Assembly (NCBI GenBank): GCA_965214935.1
Contig: CBDCCS010000022.1
Span: 416,001-480,000, forward strand
DNA: 64,000 nucleotides
Source: Candidatus Velthaea sp.
GTDB lineage: Bacteria; Vulcanimicrobiota; Vulcanimicrobiia; Vulcanimicrobiales; Vulcanimicrobiaceae
Direction: 5' to 3'
Part shown: one piece after another, positions 50,474-60,315 of the stretch
Layout of the letters: each line of letters starts with the position of its first letter
How positions within the stretch are numbered: position 1 is the stretch's first letter
Program-made: the position numbers and the translations under genes
The notes under the pieces: generated by a model
Told to the model about the DNA's origin: nothing
The model's input: only the letters and a program-made list of their open reading frames with translations
Database searches by the model: none

Positions 50474-52503
50474 CTACTCCGACTCACCTTCGAGCGGTCG
50501 AAACAATGCACCGGCTTCGTCCGGTACCGCCTTATAGCCGGCCGGGCGCAGATGGCGACCGAACCAATGTGCGATTGCGCGTAAACGCAGAATGCGATTG
50601 CGCGGCTTGCCGCCGCGCGATAATTCGTGGCCATCGCCGGCGAACCGGACAAACTCAACCTGTTTCCCGAGTCGCCGTAAGAGCGTGAAGAGCTGTTCGC
50701 CCTGATCGATCGGACAGCGATAATCACGTTCGCTATGTTCGATAAGCAGCGGAACATCGATATCGGCGCGGCGCGCATCGGCGATCGCGCGAATAGCTGC
50801 TGACCGCCGTCGCCGAGCTTCGGCGGTGCGGCAAGTTCAGATTCGAGAAACCAGCCGAGATCCGACGCGCCGACTTCACTCACGAAATCGTTGACGGCGC
50901 GCATCGAGACGCCTGCCGCAAAGCGGTCGCTGTGTCCGAGCAGCCATGTCGTCATGAAGCCGCCGTAGGAACCACCCGCGATGCCGATCCGGTGCTCGTC
51001 GACGCCGACCAAGCCGAGCGCGCCGTCGAGTATGCGCTCGACATCGGCGGCATCGACGCCGCCCCAATCACCGGTGATTGCATCGGCATACGCGTGGCCG
51101 TACGTCTGACCGCCGCGCGGGTTGCCGTAGGCGACCGCGACTCCACTTCCGGCCAACATTTGAAATTCGAAGAAAAAGCTGAACCCGTATGCAACGTGCG
51201 GACCGCCGTGCACTTGTAGCACGAGCGGAACTTGCAGCAACGCGCCGGGCGGCACGAGAAGCCACGCATCGAGCGTCGTTCCGTCGTCGGCAACCGGGCG
51301 GTAACGCTGCGGTGCAACGATCTGCTTCGCGTCGAGAAAAGCAGCATTGCATGCCGTTACGATCGTTTCGCTACCGTCGGCTGCGACGATTGCGATCTCG
51401 CCCGGCAGCAGCGGCGTGCTAAAGGCGAGTGCGAAGGCACCCGCGGCGTACGAGAACCCGAAGACGTCGCGCGCGCCACCCGCGATCTCGCGGCTGCCGC
51501 TACCGTCGCGCAGGAAAGCTTGAATGCCGCACGCACCCTGCGCGCTGAGTTGAACGTAAATTTCCCGGTCGTCCGCGCCCCAGACCGGCGCGCTCGTTGC
51601 CGAGCCGGACCGCATGTCGCTGATAATCGCGTTTCCGACGGTACGGTCGAGATGTGCCGACAGCGAATGAACTCCGCCGTTTTGCACGTCGACATCGACA
51701 AGGAACAGTTCGGCATTGTAACGGCCGCCTGCGTCGTCACCATGTTCGTGTCCGATAAATGCAATCGTTGCACCGTCGTGCGACCACGCGGGGCTAACCA
51801 TCGGTCCGTTTTGCCCGGTGATCGTCCGGATCGCGCGTGTCGCGCAGTCGATGATATGAATATCGCTACCCAGCGCGTCTTCAAGCCGGCCGATCGCGGC
51901 ACTAAAGGCAATCGACATTCCGTCCGGCGACCAAGCCGGCGATGCGACGTCGAAGTCGCCGTACGTTAATCGTTCGCACGTCTCGCGCCGAACGTTGAAA
52001 ACGAAAAGATGGCGGCGCGTACCGTCAAGCAATCCGTCGGCATCGCTTTTGAAAGGAAGCGCGCGAATATGCCGGGCGCCGGACGGTACGTCGTGAAAGA
52101 TGCGCGCCGTCTGCGCTTCGTGTTCGGCGCCCGCAACAAAAGCAATCCGCTCGCCATCCGGCGACCAGGCCGGCGCCGCGATCGTCGGATACGCGGCGTC
52201 GACGGCGCGTGCTTCACCACCGGTCGTCGGCATGATGTAGACACGCGTTTCACCGTCGCGTTCGCCGATGAACGCCAGCGACCGGCCATCGGGGGAAACG
52301 CGCGGTGAACGGTCGTTGCGTCCGGCGGTAAAGGGAACCGCTGTGCGAGTCGGTTCAGCACGCCAAAGCGAACCGACGATCGAATCCGTTTCGCGATCTT
52401 GCCGCATCAGCCGAAAGAAGACCGCATCACCGTCCGGCGTTATGACCGGGTCGGTCACGGTAACGAGCGAGAGAAGATCGTTCGGCACTAAAGGAGTCTT
52501 CAT
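50474..52503 (-). pseudogene. S9 family (acylaminoacyl) peptidase with a frameshift at about 50765
   Basis: HGGPH and GGSYGG in the main frame; catalytic Asp/His region (DVPLLIEHSERDYRCP...GDGHELSRGGKP) in a shifted frame ending at TAG 50474. Confidence 0.8.
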
Positions 52504-52528
52504 CCCAAGCCGAAGTTACGGTCTGCGT

Positions 52529-53131
52529 ATGAGAGCTCCCGCAATGATCGTTGCCGCGTTCTTTGCAACGATGCAGCCCGTACGCGCCGATGAGGTCGAC
52601 GTTGTCGTACAAGCCGGGCATCAAGGACGGCCGCAGTCATGTGCGTTGTTCGGCGTGCACGCGTGTAACCTCGGCACCGGTTTGGGCGCCCAGCTCGAGC
52701 GTCGCTGGACGCCGGTCGTTGCCGACGCGGCTGCCGCGCGATTACGTGCGGCGGGCCTGTCGGTCAAACGGCGGCCGGCCGATTACAACGGACACGACAA
52801 CGCTCGTGCGGCCGTCTTCTTACACTTCGACGGCAGCTCGCCGCCGTGTCGCAGCGGCGCATCGGTCGGCTTTCCGGCCATCGCAGATCGCCGTTTCATC
52901 GCCGATTGGGAGCGACGCTACCGGCAGCTTTTTCCGTTCCGCTTTGCCGGCGAGAACATAACGTCGAACGAAGCGCACTATTATGGCTATCGGAAGGTGA
53001 CGACGAACAAAGCAATGCTCATCGAGTTCGGCGAGATGACGTGCGCGGCGCAAGAACGCTGGCTCGAACCGCGATTGCACGAACTGGGCGTGCAATTAGC
53101 GTCGTTTTTACTTGCCGAGTTGCGGCGATGA
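52529..53131 (+). CDS. N-acetylmuramoyl-L-alanine amidase-like (Amidase_3) secreted protein
   Basis: VVVQAGHQG...LE...VFLHFD...MLIEFG zinc-amidase pattern. Confidence 0.6.
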   Translation: MRAPAMIVAAFFATMQPVRADEVDVVVQAGHQGRPQSCALFGVHACNLGTGLGAQLERRWTPVVADAAAARLRAAGLSVKRRPADYNGHDNARAAVFLHFDGSSPPCRSGASVGFPAIADRRFIADWERRYRQLFPFRFAGENITSNEAHYYGYRKVTTNKAMLIEFGEMTCAAQERWLEPRLHELGVQLASFLLAELRR

Positions 53132-54018
53132 AGCGGCGAGCCTATCTTAGCGGCGCAGGCGCGCTTGCCGGCGCGGTTGCGCTCGACGGCATGCGGCCGT
53201 TCGCCGCCGGTGCGCAGACAATCGCGGTCAGCGACCTCATCAAGCGCATCCCGGGCATCACCGGCGTCTATGCACGGACGCTCGCCAATGGACCGCCGCT
53301 TGCAGCCGTGCGCGCAGGCGAGCCCTTTGCTTCTGCGTCGATCATCAAATTACCGATCATGCTGACCGCCTATCGCGCATTCGATGCCGGGACCGCGTCG
53401 CTCCACGACAGCGTTCGCTTGCGCGCCGGCGACCTTATCGGCGGTTCACCCGTGCTTGCGTACGCGCGTGCCGGACAGCGCATGTCGTTGCGCTCGCTGC
53501 TCGCAGCGATGATTCAGCAAAGCGACAACTCCGCATCGAACACGCTCATTACAACCTTCGGATTCGCGGCGATCAATCGGGTGATCCGCAACAGCGGTAT
53601 GACCGGCACGCGGTTAGGGCGCCACTTTGCCGACGTCGTACCGGCTTGGCACGTCAGCGCTAACATCACGACTCCGCGCGACATCGGCACGTTGCTTTTT
53701 GCGATCGAGCGCGGGTCGCGCGAAGGTCTCGATACGGTCGCCAGCAACGCAGCGTGCCGCGCGATGATTCAAACGCTGCTCGGCCAAGAAGATAAGTCGA
53801 AAATTCCGAGCGGCCTCCCACCCGGGACACCGTGCGCCAACAAAACCGGTGAGATCGACGGAGTTCGCAACGACGCTGCGATCGTCGATCCGTTCGGCGA
53901 TACGCCGTTCATCTTAGTCGTCTTAACGCGCGCGCTCGAAAATACGTATGCGGGCGACCATGGAATCGCCGCAATCGCACGCCGCATCAATCAAACCGTC
54001 CGCTCCGACTCCGGCTAA
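53128..54018 (+). CDS. Class A beta-lactamase-like serine hydrolase with Tat-like signal
   Basis: MKRRAYL; SIIK, SDN, KTG motifs. Confidence 0.85.
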   Translation: MKRRAYLSGAGALAGAVALDGMRPFAAGAQTIAVSDLIKRIPGITGVYARTLANGPPLAAVRAGEPFASASIIKLPIMLTAYRAFDAGTASLHDSVRLRAGDLIGGSPVLAYARAGQRMSLRSLLAAMIQQSDNSASNTLITTFGFAAINRVIRNSGMTGTRLGRHFADVVPAWHVSANITTPRDIGTLLFAIERGSREGLDTVASNAACRAMIQTLLGQEDKSKIPSGLPPGTPCANKTGEIDGVRNDAAIVDPFGDTPFILVVLTRALENTYAGDHGIAAIARRINQTVRSDSG

Positions 54019-54026
54019 CCACCGAT

Positions 54027-54058
54027 AGAAAAAAGCCGCCGGATCAAACCGGCGACTT
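54027..54058 (-). terminator. Intrinsic terminator (minus strand, possibly bidirectional)
   Basis: Minus strand AAGTCGCCGG-TTTGAT-CCGGCGGCTT followed by TTTTCT. Confidence 0.65.
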
Positions 54059-54069
54059 CTTCGTGATCC

Positions 54070-54472
54070 ACTTGTTGGTAGCAATGAACTCAGCGTTACG
54101 TGTGCCTACGCACACGGACCGCGTAGCGACGAACCGCCATCAGGTCTGATTTTGTTTGTGGCGAGGAGCCTAGCGGTGAAGTGTGCACGAGCACACGAAC
54201 CGCGTAGCGACAAGCCGCCATCAGGTCTGATTTTGTTTGTGGCGAGGAGCCTAGCGGTGAAGTGTGCACGAGCACACGAACCGCGTAGCGACAAACCGCC
54301 ATCAGGTCGGATTTTGTTTGTGGCGAGGAGCCTAGCGGTGAAGTGTGCACGAGCACACGAACCGCGTAGCGACAAACCGCCATCAGGTCGGATTTTGTTT
54401 GTGGCGAGGAGCCTAGCGGTGAAGTGTGCACGAGCACACGAACCGCGTAGCGACGAAGCCACAAACAAAATC
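54070..54472. repeat. Tandem array, 81-bp period, five hairpin cores of a palindromic REP/ERIC-like element
   Basis: GCGTAGCGAC recurs at 54121, 54202, 54283, 54364 and 54445; core GCGGT-GAA-GTGTGC-ACGA-GCACAC-GA-ACCGC; last unit flanked by the perfect 15-bp inverted repeat GATTTTGTTTGTGGC/GCCACAAACAAAATC. Confidence 0.92.
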
Positions 54473-55559
54473 ACGGGGCTAAGTGGATGTCTAGGGCTAT
54501 TGCGAAGTATATACGGTGAATGGTGTTCGGATAGACGAACGGTACGTTGCCGCGATTGAGCTGCGTGAGGTTGTTGAGATCGGCATTGAGCGCCAACGTC
54601 TTGTTGAACGATTTGTGAATCCCGACGTCGTCGATGACATAATAGAACGGCACCGGCGAGTTGTCGAAGAAGTCGAACGCACCGTACGCGGTGCTGCCGA
54701 ACAGCGCGAACCCGCTGTTGATCGGCAAGTTACCGTTAACGCTATAGTTGATGCCGTAGCGCTTTTTGCCGTCCTGGTCGGAGTAACCGGCAGCCGCTGC
54801 GCCGGCAAGTCCGCTTCCCGCATTTTCCGGGGCGAAGGGAGACACGTTCGGATTACCCGAGACGTGGTGCTTGTTATACTCGCCGGTCGCCGACACGCCG
54901 AGACTAAAGCCGTGTAGTGCAGCGATCGGAGGAAGCGAGTAATTTAAGGTAACGAATTGTTCGTGCCAGTCGGCCGGTGAGAGATTCGCCGGATCGTTCG
55001 TTGCCTGGTTGTCATGCCGGAAGCGATAGAAGGTACCGACCGTGACGCCGACGCCTTTGATTCCGGTGTACGACAAGCGGAACGTGTCGACGATGTCGTT
55101 GCTCGTTCCGGGGTAGATATACTGGTTGTTCGGAACGTTCAATCCGCCGACGCGAGTCGATCCGGTAACGCGGCCGATCGTCGTATCGATACCTGCGGCG
55201 CGATCGTGCTCGTATTGAAATGCCAGCCCGCGTAAGACCGGGACGCTAATGACGGCGTTGAGGTCGAGTTTACCGGGACGCGTGCCGCCCGCGGCATTAC
55301 CGGCGCTCGGCGATGCGATGTTTCCGACCGGCGGCCCGAAATTGTTCGTCGGATCCGGACCACCAGGCGACCCATATTCATCATTGCCGGTCGCGAAGTT
55401 AACGGTCGGATACAGATCAACGGTCGGGATGTGCGAAAACGAATCGGCGAGCGCCGGCGTACGAATTCCGGCAAGACCGGCGCAAACGAGCGCGCCGGCA
55501 AAGAGCATTGAGAAGACGTTGAGTGGTCGCTGCTGCGACTTTCGAGTAGGTCTAGACAA
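54471..55559 (-). CDS. Secreted, putative outer-membrane beta-barrel protein
   Basis: Signal peptide ending ALA; N/G/Y/F-rich amphipathic strands; GGAGGG RBS; downstream of the sugar ABC genes. Confidence 0.65.
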   Translation of the reverse strand: MSRPTRKSQQRPLNVFSMLFAGALVCAGLAGIRTPALADSFSHIPTVDLYPTVNFATGNDEYGSPGGPDPTNNFGPPVGNIASPSAGNAAGGTRPGKLDLNAVISVPVLRGLAFQYEHDRAAGIDTTIGRVTGSTRVGGLNVPNNQYIYPGTSNDIVDTFRLSYTGIKGVGVTVGTFYRFRHDNQATNDPANLSPADWHEQFVTLNYSLPPIAALHGFSLGVSATGEYNKHHVSGNPNVSPFAPENAGSGLAGAAAAGYSDQDGKKRYGINYSVNGNLPINSGFALFGSTAYGAFDFFDNSPVPFYYVIDDVGIHKSFNKTLALNADLNNLTQLNRGNVPFVYPNTIHRIYFAIALDIHLAP

Positions 55560-55594
55560 GTAGTTCCCTCCCTGAGTTTAAGGAGAAGCGGTTA

Positions 55595-56659
55595 TTACAA
55601 ACCCGAGCAAGCTGATGCGGGGATACCGTTGCACAGCTGCTCTTTGGTAACGAACCCGTCAGCTATGACGGACGATTTAATGTTTGCTTTGGTCACCGTA
55701 ACGACCGGCAGAAGAACGGTCGGGACGTCGATTTTACCATTCTTCATCGTCGACGTGGTCTTTGGTTTTTTGCCTTTGAGATACGCGTCGGTCATCTGCG
55801 CCGCCGCTTCGGCAAGCTTGCGAATCGGCTTGTAGATGGTCATGCTCTGCTCGCCGGTCAGAATATTCTGAAGTCCGGCAACCGTCGCATCTTGTCCGGT
55901 AACGAGCACCTTGCCGTCAAGATGTTGCGCGCGCAACGCCGCCACAACACCTCCGGCCATGCCATCATTGGCAACGAGAATTCCATCGACTTTGTTACCG
56001 AGATTGTTTAAAGCCGACGCAGTTTCTGCTTGCGCGGCATTGCTGTCCCAGTTCGGCGTGTACCGGTCGTAGGCCATCTTGTAGCGGCCCGACTTAACCA
56101 GCGGATCGAGCACTTGCATTGCACCGGCGTGAAACTCGATCGCGTTATTATCCGTCTGCGAGCCGGCGATCGAGATGAGCGTACCGCTCTTGACGTGATC
56201 GACGATGTATTGCGCCTGCTGGCGCCCGACGGCAATCGGATCGAACGTCACGTAGGAGTCAACATCGGAATTGTTGATCAGCCGGTCGTAGGCGATAACC
56301 GGCACGGACGGATTGTTGTCGTGCGCCGCGCGCACGATCGCAGCCGCCTGAGTCGAATCGACCGGGACATCGACAAGCAGTTTTGCGCCGGATGTCAACA
56401 GCGACGATGCTTGGGTTTGCTGCCGGGTCTGATCGGTCTTCGCATCGTCGACGACGACGTTGACGGACGGGTCGAGCTTCTTTAATTCAGCAATGAAAAA
56501 GTCACGATCGAACTGCCAGCGGGCCGACGTCGTGTAGTCGGACATCAAGAAGCCGACGGTCGGATTGTCGGCAGCGCTAAGCGCCGGCGGTAAGGCCGCG
56601 ATCCCGATGACGGCCGCAGCAGCGACGCAGCAGCGCGGTAATAATGAAGTGCCTTTCAC
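55595..56659 (-). CDS. Sugar ABC transporter substrate-binding protein (XylF/ChvE-like)
   Basis: RWQFD, VIAYDRLI, GSQTDNNA, ANDGMAGG, VTGQDA, QSMTIYKP. Confidence 0.9.
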   Translation of the reverse strand: MKGTSLLPRCCVAAAAVIGIAALPPALSAADNPTVGFLMSDYTTSARWQFDRDFFIAELKKLDPSVNVVVDDAKTDQTRQQTQASSLLTSGAKLLVDVPVDSTQAAAIVRAAHDNNPSVPVIAYDRLINNSDVDSYVTFDPIAVGRQQAQYIVDHVKSGTLISIAGSQTDNNAIEFHAGAMQVLDPLVKSGRYKMAYDRYTPNWDSNAAQAETASALNNLGNKVDGILVANDGMAGGVVAALRAQHLDGKVLVTGQDATVAGLQNILTGEQSMTIYKPIRKLAEAAAQMTDAYLKGKKPKTTSTMKNGKIDVPTVLLPVVTVTKANIKSSVIADGFVTKEQLCNGIPASACSGL

Positions 56660-56708
56660 GACGAGTACCTTTCAGAGACCGGAATAAATGAAGGGAATGA
56701 AGGCGGTG

Positions 56709-57926
56709 TCAAATGCGCGCGCCGGCGCTGCGGCGTTTCCCAAGAACATCGAGCAAAATTGCTAAGAGCAGAATGACGCCTTTAATGACGTAGACGTAAT
56801 TCGAATCGACCGACATCAGGTTGAGGCCGCTGTCCAGGCTCGCAATAAGCAAGCCGCCGAGCAGCACCGACCAAACATTGCCGCGGCCGCCGGTGAGACT
56901 TACACCGCCGATTACGGCAATCGAAATAACATCAAGCAGCAGATCGGGCCCCGCGGCGGTTGTCGATGCGGCTTGCGCGTAGCCGACAAGCATAACACCG
57001 GCAACGCCGGCGAAAAATCCCGCAATGCCGAAGACAATCCAGCGTACGCGAACGGTGTCGATACCGGCTCGCCGCGCAGCTTCGATGTTACCACCGACGG
57101 CATACACGTGTCGGCCAAACGGCGTCCGCGCAGCAATGTACCAAGTTACGAGTGCGAATGCAAGCAGAATCGCCAGTGACAGCGGCACGCCGCGATACGA
57201 ATTGAGCAGCGCCACAACGACCAGCAGCAACGCCGCAATCGCGCCGGCCCGGCCGATGAAGCCGGCGACCGGCGGATTGACGAGCCCGGCCGACGCACGT
57301 TGGCGGCGGCTTTGCAATCCGATGCCGATGATCCCGGCGACGGCCAGGAGTGCAAGCACCAAACTCACGGGCCCGGGAAGATACGACGTGCCGATTGCCG
57401 CGATCGACGTATCGGGAACATTGATCGTCGCGCCGCTCAAAATATGAAACGCGACGCCTTGAAAAATGAGGAAGCCGCCCAAGGTAACGACGAACGCCGG
57501 CATCCGCAGCGTCGAGATCAAGAAACCCTGCGCTAAGCCGAGCACGGCACCCACGGCAATACCGCCGGCGACGGCGACCGGTGTTGGAAAATGGCCGAAC
57601 GCCGAGAGAACCGCGACCGTGGTTGCACTAAGCAGCGTGAGATAACCGATCGAAAGATCGATTTCACCGAGCAAAAGCACGAAGACGACGCCGATTGCCA
57701 GCAGCGGCTTATACGAGTATTCCTGAGCTAGTTCCGAGAGGTTACGCGCACCGATAAATCGTCCGCTGGTCTGCGATTCGAAAAACAGCCAAACCAACAC
57801 GATCGCGATGTAGATCGGTACCGTCGTCGCGAGTTTCGAGCGGTCGAGACCCTGCCATGACCGGCGCGGCGGCACCGGATCGATAGGCGCGGGTCGGGGG
57901 GCAGCGGCTTCCGGTACGCCGATCAT
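56709..57926 (-). CDS. Sugar ABC transporter permease (XylH-like)
   Basis: LGEIDLSIG, PAFVVTLGG, FGRHVYAVGGNIEAARRAGI, VIGGVSLTGGRG. Confidence 0.92.
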   Translation of the reverse strand: MIGVPEAAAPRPAPIDPVPPRRSWQGLDRSKLATTVPIYIAIVLVWLFFESQTSGRFIGARNLSELAQEYSYKPLLAIGVVFVLLLGEIDLSIGYLTLLSATTVAVLSAFGHFPTPVAVAGGIAVGAVLGLAQGFLISTLRMPAFVVTLGGFLIFQGVAFHILSGATINVPDTSIAAIGTSYLPGPVSLVLALLAVAGIIGIGLQSRRQRASAGLVNPPVAGFIGRAGAIAALLLVVVALLNSYRGVPLSLAILLAFALVTWYIAARTPFGRHVYAVGGNIEAARRAGIDTVRVRWIVFGIAGFFAGVAGVMLVGYAQAASTTAAGPDLLLDVISIAVIGGVSLTGGRGNVWSVLLGGLLIASLDSGLNLMSVDSNYVYVIKGVILLLAILLDVLGKRRSAGARI

Positions 57927-58693
57927 ACTGCCGCCTCGGCAAACTCGCGGGCTCCGGTAATCGCGCCGACGACGTCTTCAGGAGTTACGTCCGCCACCCG
58001 CAATTTTGCGACGCGCCGGCCAAGCCGCATGACGATCGCGACGTCAGCGACCTCGAACACGTCGACGACGTTATGCGTGATGACGACGACCGCCAAACCG
58101 CCTTCGCGTAAACGTTTGATGAGGTCGAGAACTTGCTTCTGCTGAGCGACTCCGAGTGCGGCGGTCGGTTCGTCGAGAATGACGACTTTGGGCGCCCAAA
58201 GCACGGCTTTCGCCACGGCGATCGATTGGCGTTGCCCGCCCGAAAGTTGGGCAACCGTACTGCGAACCGATGGAATGATGATATGTAATTGATCGAGCGC
58301 CGCTTTCGCGGTTCGTTCCATCGATATTTCGTCGAGTGCCGCGGCAGCGCCACGCCGCTCGCGACCGAGAAAAAGATTCGCGACGACATCGAGGTTATCG
58401 CACAGCGCGAGGTCCTGATAGACCGTTTCGATGCCGGCGGTCGTCGCATCGTTCGGCGAGCGGAAATGCATCGCTTGACCATCGAGTTCGATCGTTCCGC
58501 TATCGGGAATGTGCGTACCCGCGATACACTTGATGAGCGTCGATTTACCCGCACCGTTATCGCCGAGAAGTGCCGTAACTTCGCCCGCGCGAGCCTCGAA
58601 ATTCACACCGCGTAGAACGGTCACCGCGCCGAACGATTTTTTGATCTCGCGCACAACGAGACGCGGAGCAGTCATCGCCGAATCGACCATCAA
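57923..58693 (-). CDS. Sugar ABC transporter ATP-binding protein
   Basis: GDNGAGKST, LSGGQRQ, ILDEPTAALG. Confidence 0.93.
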   Translation of the reverse strand: MMVDSAMTAPRLVVREIKKSFGAVTVLRGVNFEARAGEVTALLGDNGAGKSTLIKCIAGTHIPDSGTIELDGQAMHFRSPNDATTAGIETVYQDLALCDNLDVVANLFLGRERRGAAAALDEISMERTAKAALDQLHIIIPSVRSTVAQLSGGQRQSIAVAKAVLWAPKVVILDEPTAALGVAQQKQVLDLIKRLREGGLAVVVITHNVVDVFEVADVAIVMRLGRRVAKLRVADVTPEDVVGAITGAREFAEAAV

Positions 58694-58779
58694 CCTAGCC
58701 TCCGTGCGTCATACGCTACCTCGATACGTGCTAACGCCCAAAAAATGCGAAGATAGAAACGCCGCAGCATGACCGTATC

Positions 58780-58817
58780 TTCGAGACCTTCACTATCGTT
58801 CGAGACCTTCACTATCG
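58780..58817. repeat. Exact 19-bp tandem duplication TTCGAGACCTTCACTATCG x2
   Basis: 58780-58798 and 58799-58817, upstream of the sugar ABC operon. Confidence 0.85.
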
Positions 58818-58851
58818 AATGAAGTTGACGCAAGAAAGTTTTTCCCGCGTT

Positions 58852-59700
58852 CTAATGTTCCTCTAACTGCGTTTGGGCCGCGAAAAGTTCCGTCTGGATC
58901 GGCCGTAACGGCGGCTTGCGCTCGACTCCCAGCGCGAGATACAGCGCACGAATCGTCGCCGGACTGTGACCCATGTAGTGATTGTTTGCATACCCGCAGA
59001 CCCGCTCGAGCCGGCTCGCCGCCGTGAGCAGTATCTCGGACCAGCGTTCGATCTCGGTTTTGCGGTCGATGACGACGCGATCGAAGCGCGCGACGGCGTC
59101 GCGCCGGCCCATCCAGCGAATGTATGCAAACGCAGCCGTCGGCGCGCGGAGAGCCGCAAGCATGAGATTGCGTTCGACGAACGTTCCGTCGCTGACGGCA
59201 AGTGCAATGCTGCGCGCGCGCAACACAGCGGTTAGTTCGCGGTAGATCCCCGGCTCGAACCAGGCCGGATCGCGAACCTCGACGGCGATCCGCGGACCGG
59301 ACGGCAGCGTCGAAATGAACGCTGCAAGCGCGTCCCATTCCGGCGGCCGGAAGTCCGGCGGCAATTGGACCAGAACAGCTTCGAGTTGCGGTCCCAAAGC
59401 CGCTGCGGCAGCGAAGAACGCTATTGCGAGCTCTTCGCAACCAACGAGCCGCCGCTCGTGCGTAATTTCTCGCGGCAGCTTGAGCGCAAAGGTAAACGTC
59501 TTGGGCACCTGCCGCGACCAGCGAATGAGCCGGTCAGGCGCCGGAGTGCCGTAAAACGTCGAGTCGACTTCAACGCTGCCGAATTCTTGGGCGTAGCTGC
59601 GAAGATAATTATCAGGCCGGGTTCCGGGTGTGTAAAACGCCCCGACCCAATCGCGATACGCCCAGCCCTGCGTTCCGAGGGCAAGGTATGGTAAGGCGGC
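58852..59700 (-). CDS. DUF72 family protein (start not resolved)
   Basis: GTQGWAYRDWVGAFY, VEVDSTFY, KLPREITH, QLPP, AVEVRD, YANNHY. Confidence 0.85.
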   Translation of the reverse strand, partial: AALPYLALGTQGWAYRDWVGAFYTPGTRPDNYLRSYAQEFGSVEVDSTFYGTPAPDRLIRWSRQVPKTFTFALKLPREITHERRLVGCEELAIAFFAAAAALGPQLEAVLVQLPPDFRPPEWDALAAFISTLPSGPRIAVEVRDPAWFEPGIYRELTAVLRARSIALAVSDGTFVERNLMLAALRAPTAAFAYIRWMGRRDAVARFDRVVIDRKTEIERWSEILLTAASRLERVCGYANNHYMGHSPATIRALYLALGVERKPPLRPIQTELFAAQTQLEEH

Positions 59701-59702
59701 GA

Positions 59703-60194
59703 TTAGCCGGCAGCTTCGATCGTCACTTTCTCCATCACGTCGCCCTTGCGGATAGCGTCGACAACGTCTTGTCCGCTCACCGTCTGACCGAACACCGTGT
59801 ACTGTTTGTTGAGAAACGAAGCGTCGCCGAGACAAATATAAAATTGCGAACCGGCCGAATTCGGATTCGCGCTTCGCGCCATCGCAACGGTCCCCTTGAC
59901 GTGCGGAAGATCGGAGAATTCGGCGTCGAGGTTGTATCCGGGGCCACCGGTTCCGTTGCCGTCGGGGTCGCCGCCTTGAATGACGAAACCCGGTTCGACG
60001 CGATGAAACGTAAGGCCGTCGTAAAATCCTTGGCGCGAAAGCTTGATAAAGGCGGCCGCATGCTGCGGAGCCTCATGCGGGTAAAACGAAAAGACAATGT
60101 CGCCCTTCGCGGTTTTGATCCGCGCCCGAACCGTCTCGGCTTCAGTTTTCAGACCGTGCAGTTCGTCGCCGGTCGGTTTTGCATAACTTGTCAT
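59703..60194 (-). CDS. Cyclophilin-type peptidyl-prolyl isomerase
   Basis: FYDGLTFHRV, FVIQGGDP, MARS, SAGSQFYI, YTVFG. Confidence 0.93.
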   Translation of the reverse strand: MTSYAKPTGDELHGLKTEAETVRARIKTAKGDIVFSFYPHEAPQHAAAFIKLSRQGFYDGLTFHRVEPGFVIQGGDPDGNGTGGPGYNLDAEFSDLPHVKGTVAMARSANPNSAGSQFYICLGDASFLNKQYTVFGQTVSGQDVVDAIRKGDVMEKVTIEAAG

Positions 60195-60315
60195 CACGGC
60201 GGCCTTCGCGTCGCAGAAGCGTGAGTCCGGTTTCGCTAGCAAGCCGGTAAGCGAGCCGTACCTATGGACATTGATAGTTTTCGCAAAATCGGGTATACAG
60301 TCGCGGGGGTTAAAG

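Noticed and set aside
53128..54018. Bona fide antibiotic-resistance beta-lactamase
   Set aside because: SxxK, SDN and KTG are present, but the omega-loop Glu166 (ExxLN) motif is not evident; coupling to an amidase suggests a cell-wall enzyme.
54070..54472. CRISPR array, or 27-aa repeat proteins (ORFs 54096-54464, 54106-54474, 54152-54559)
   Set aside because: Units are near-identical along their whole length with no unique spacers and no cas genes; the ORFs follow from the 81-bp period being a multiple of three.
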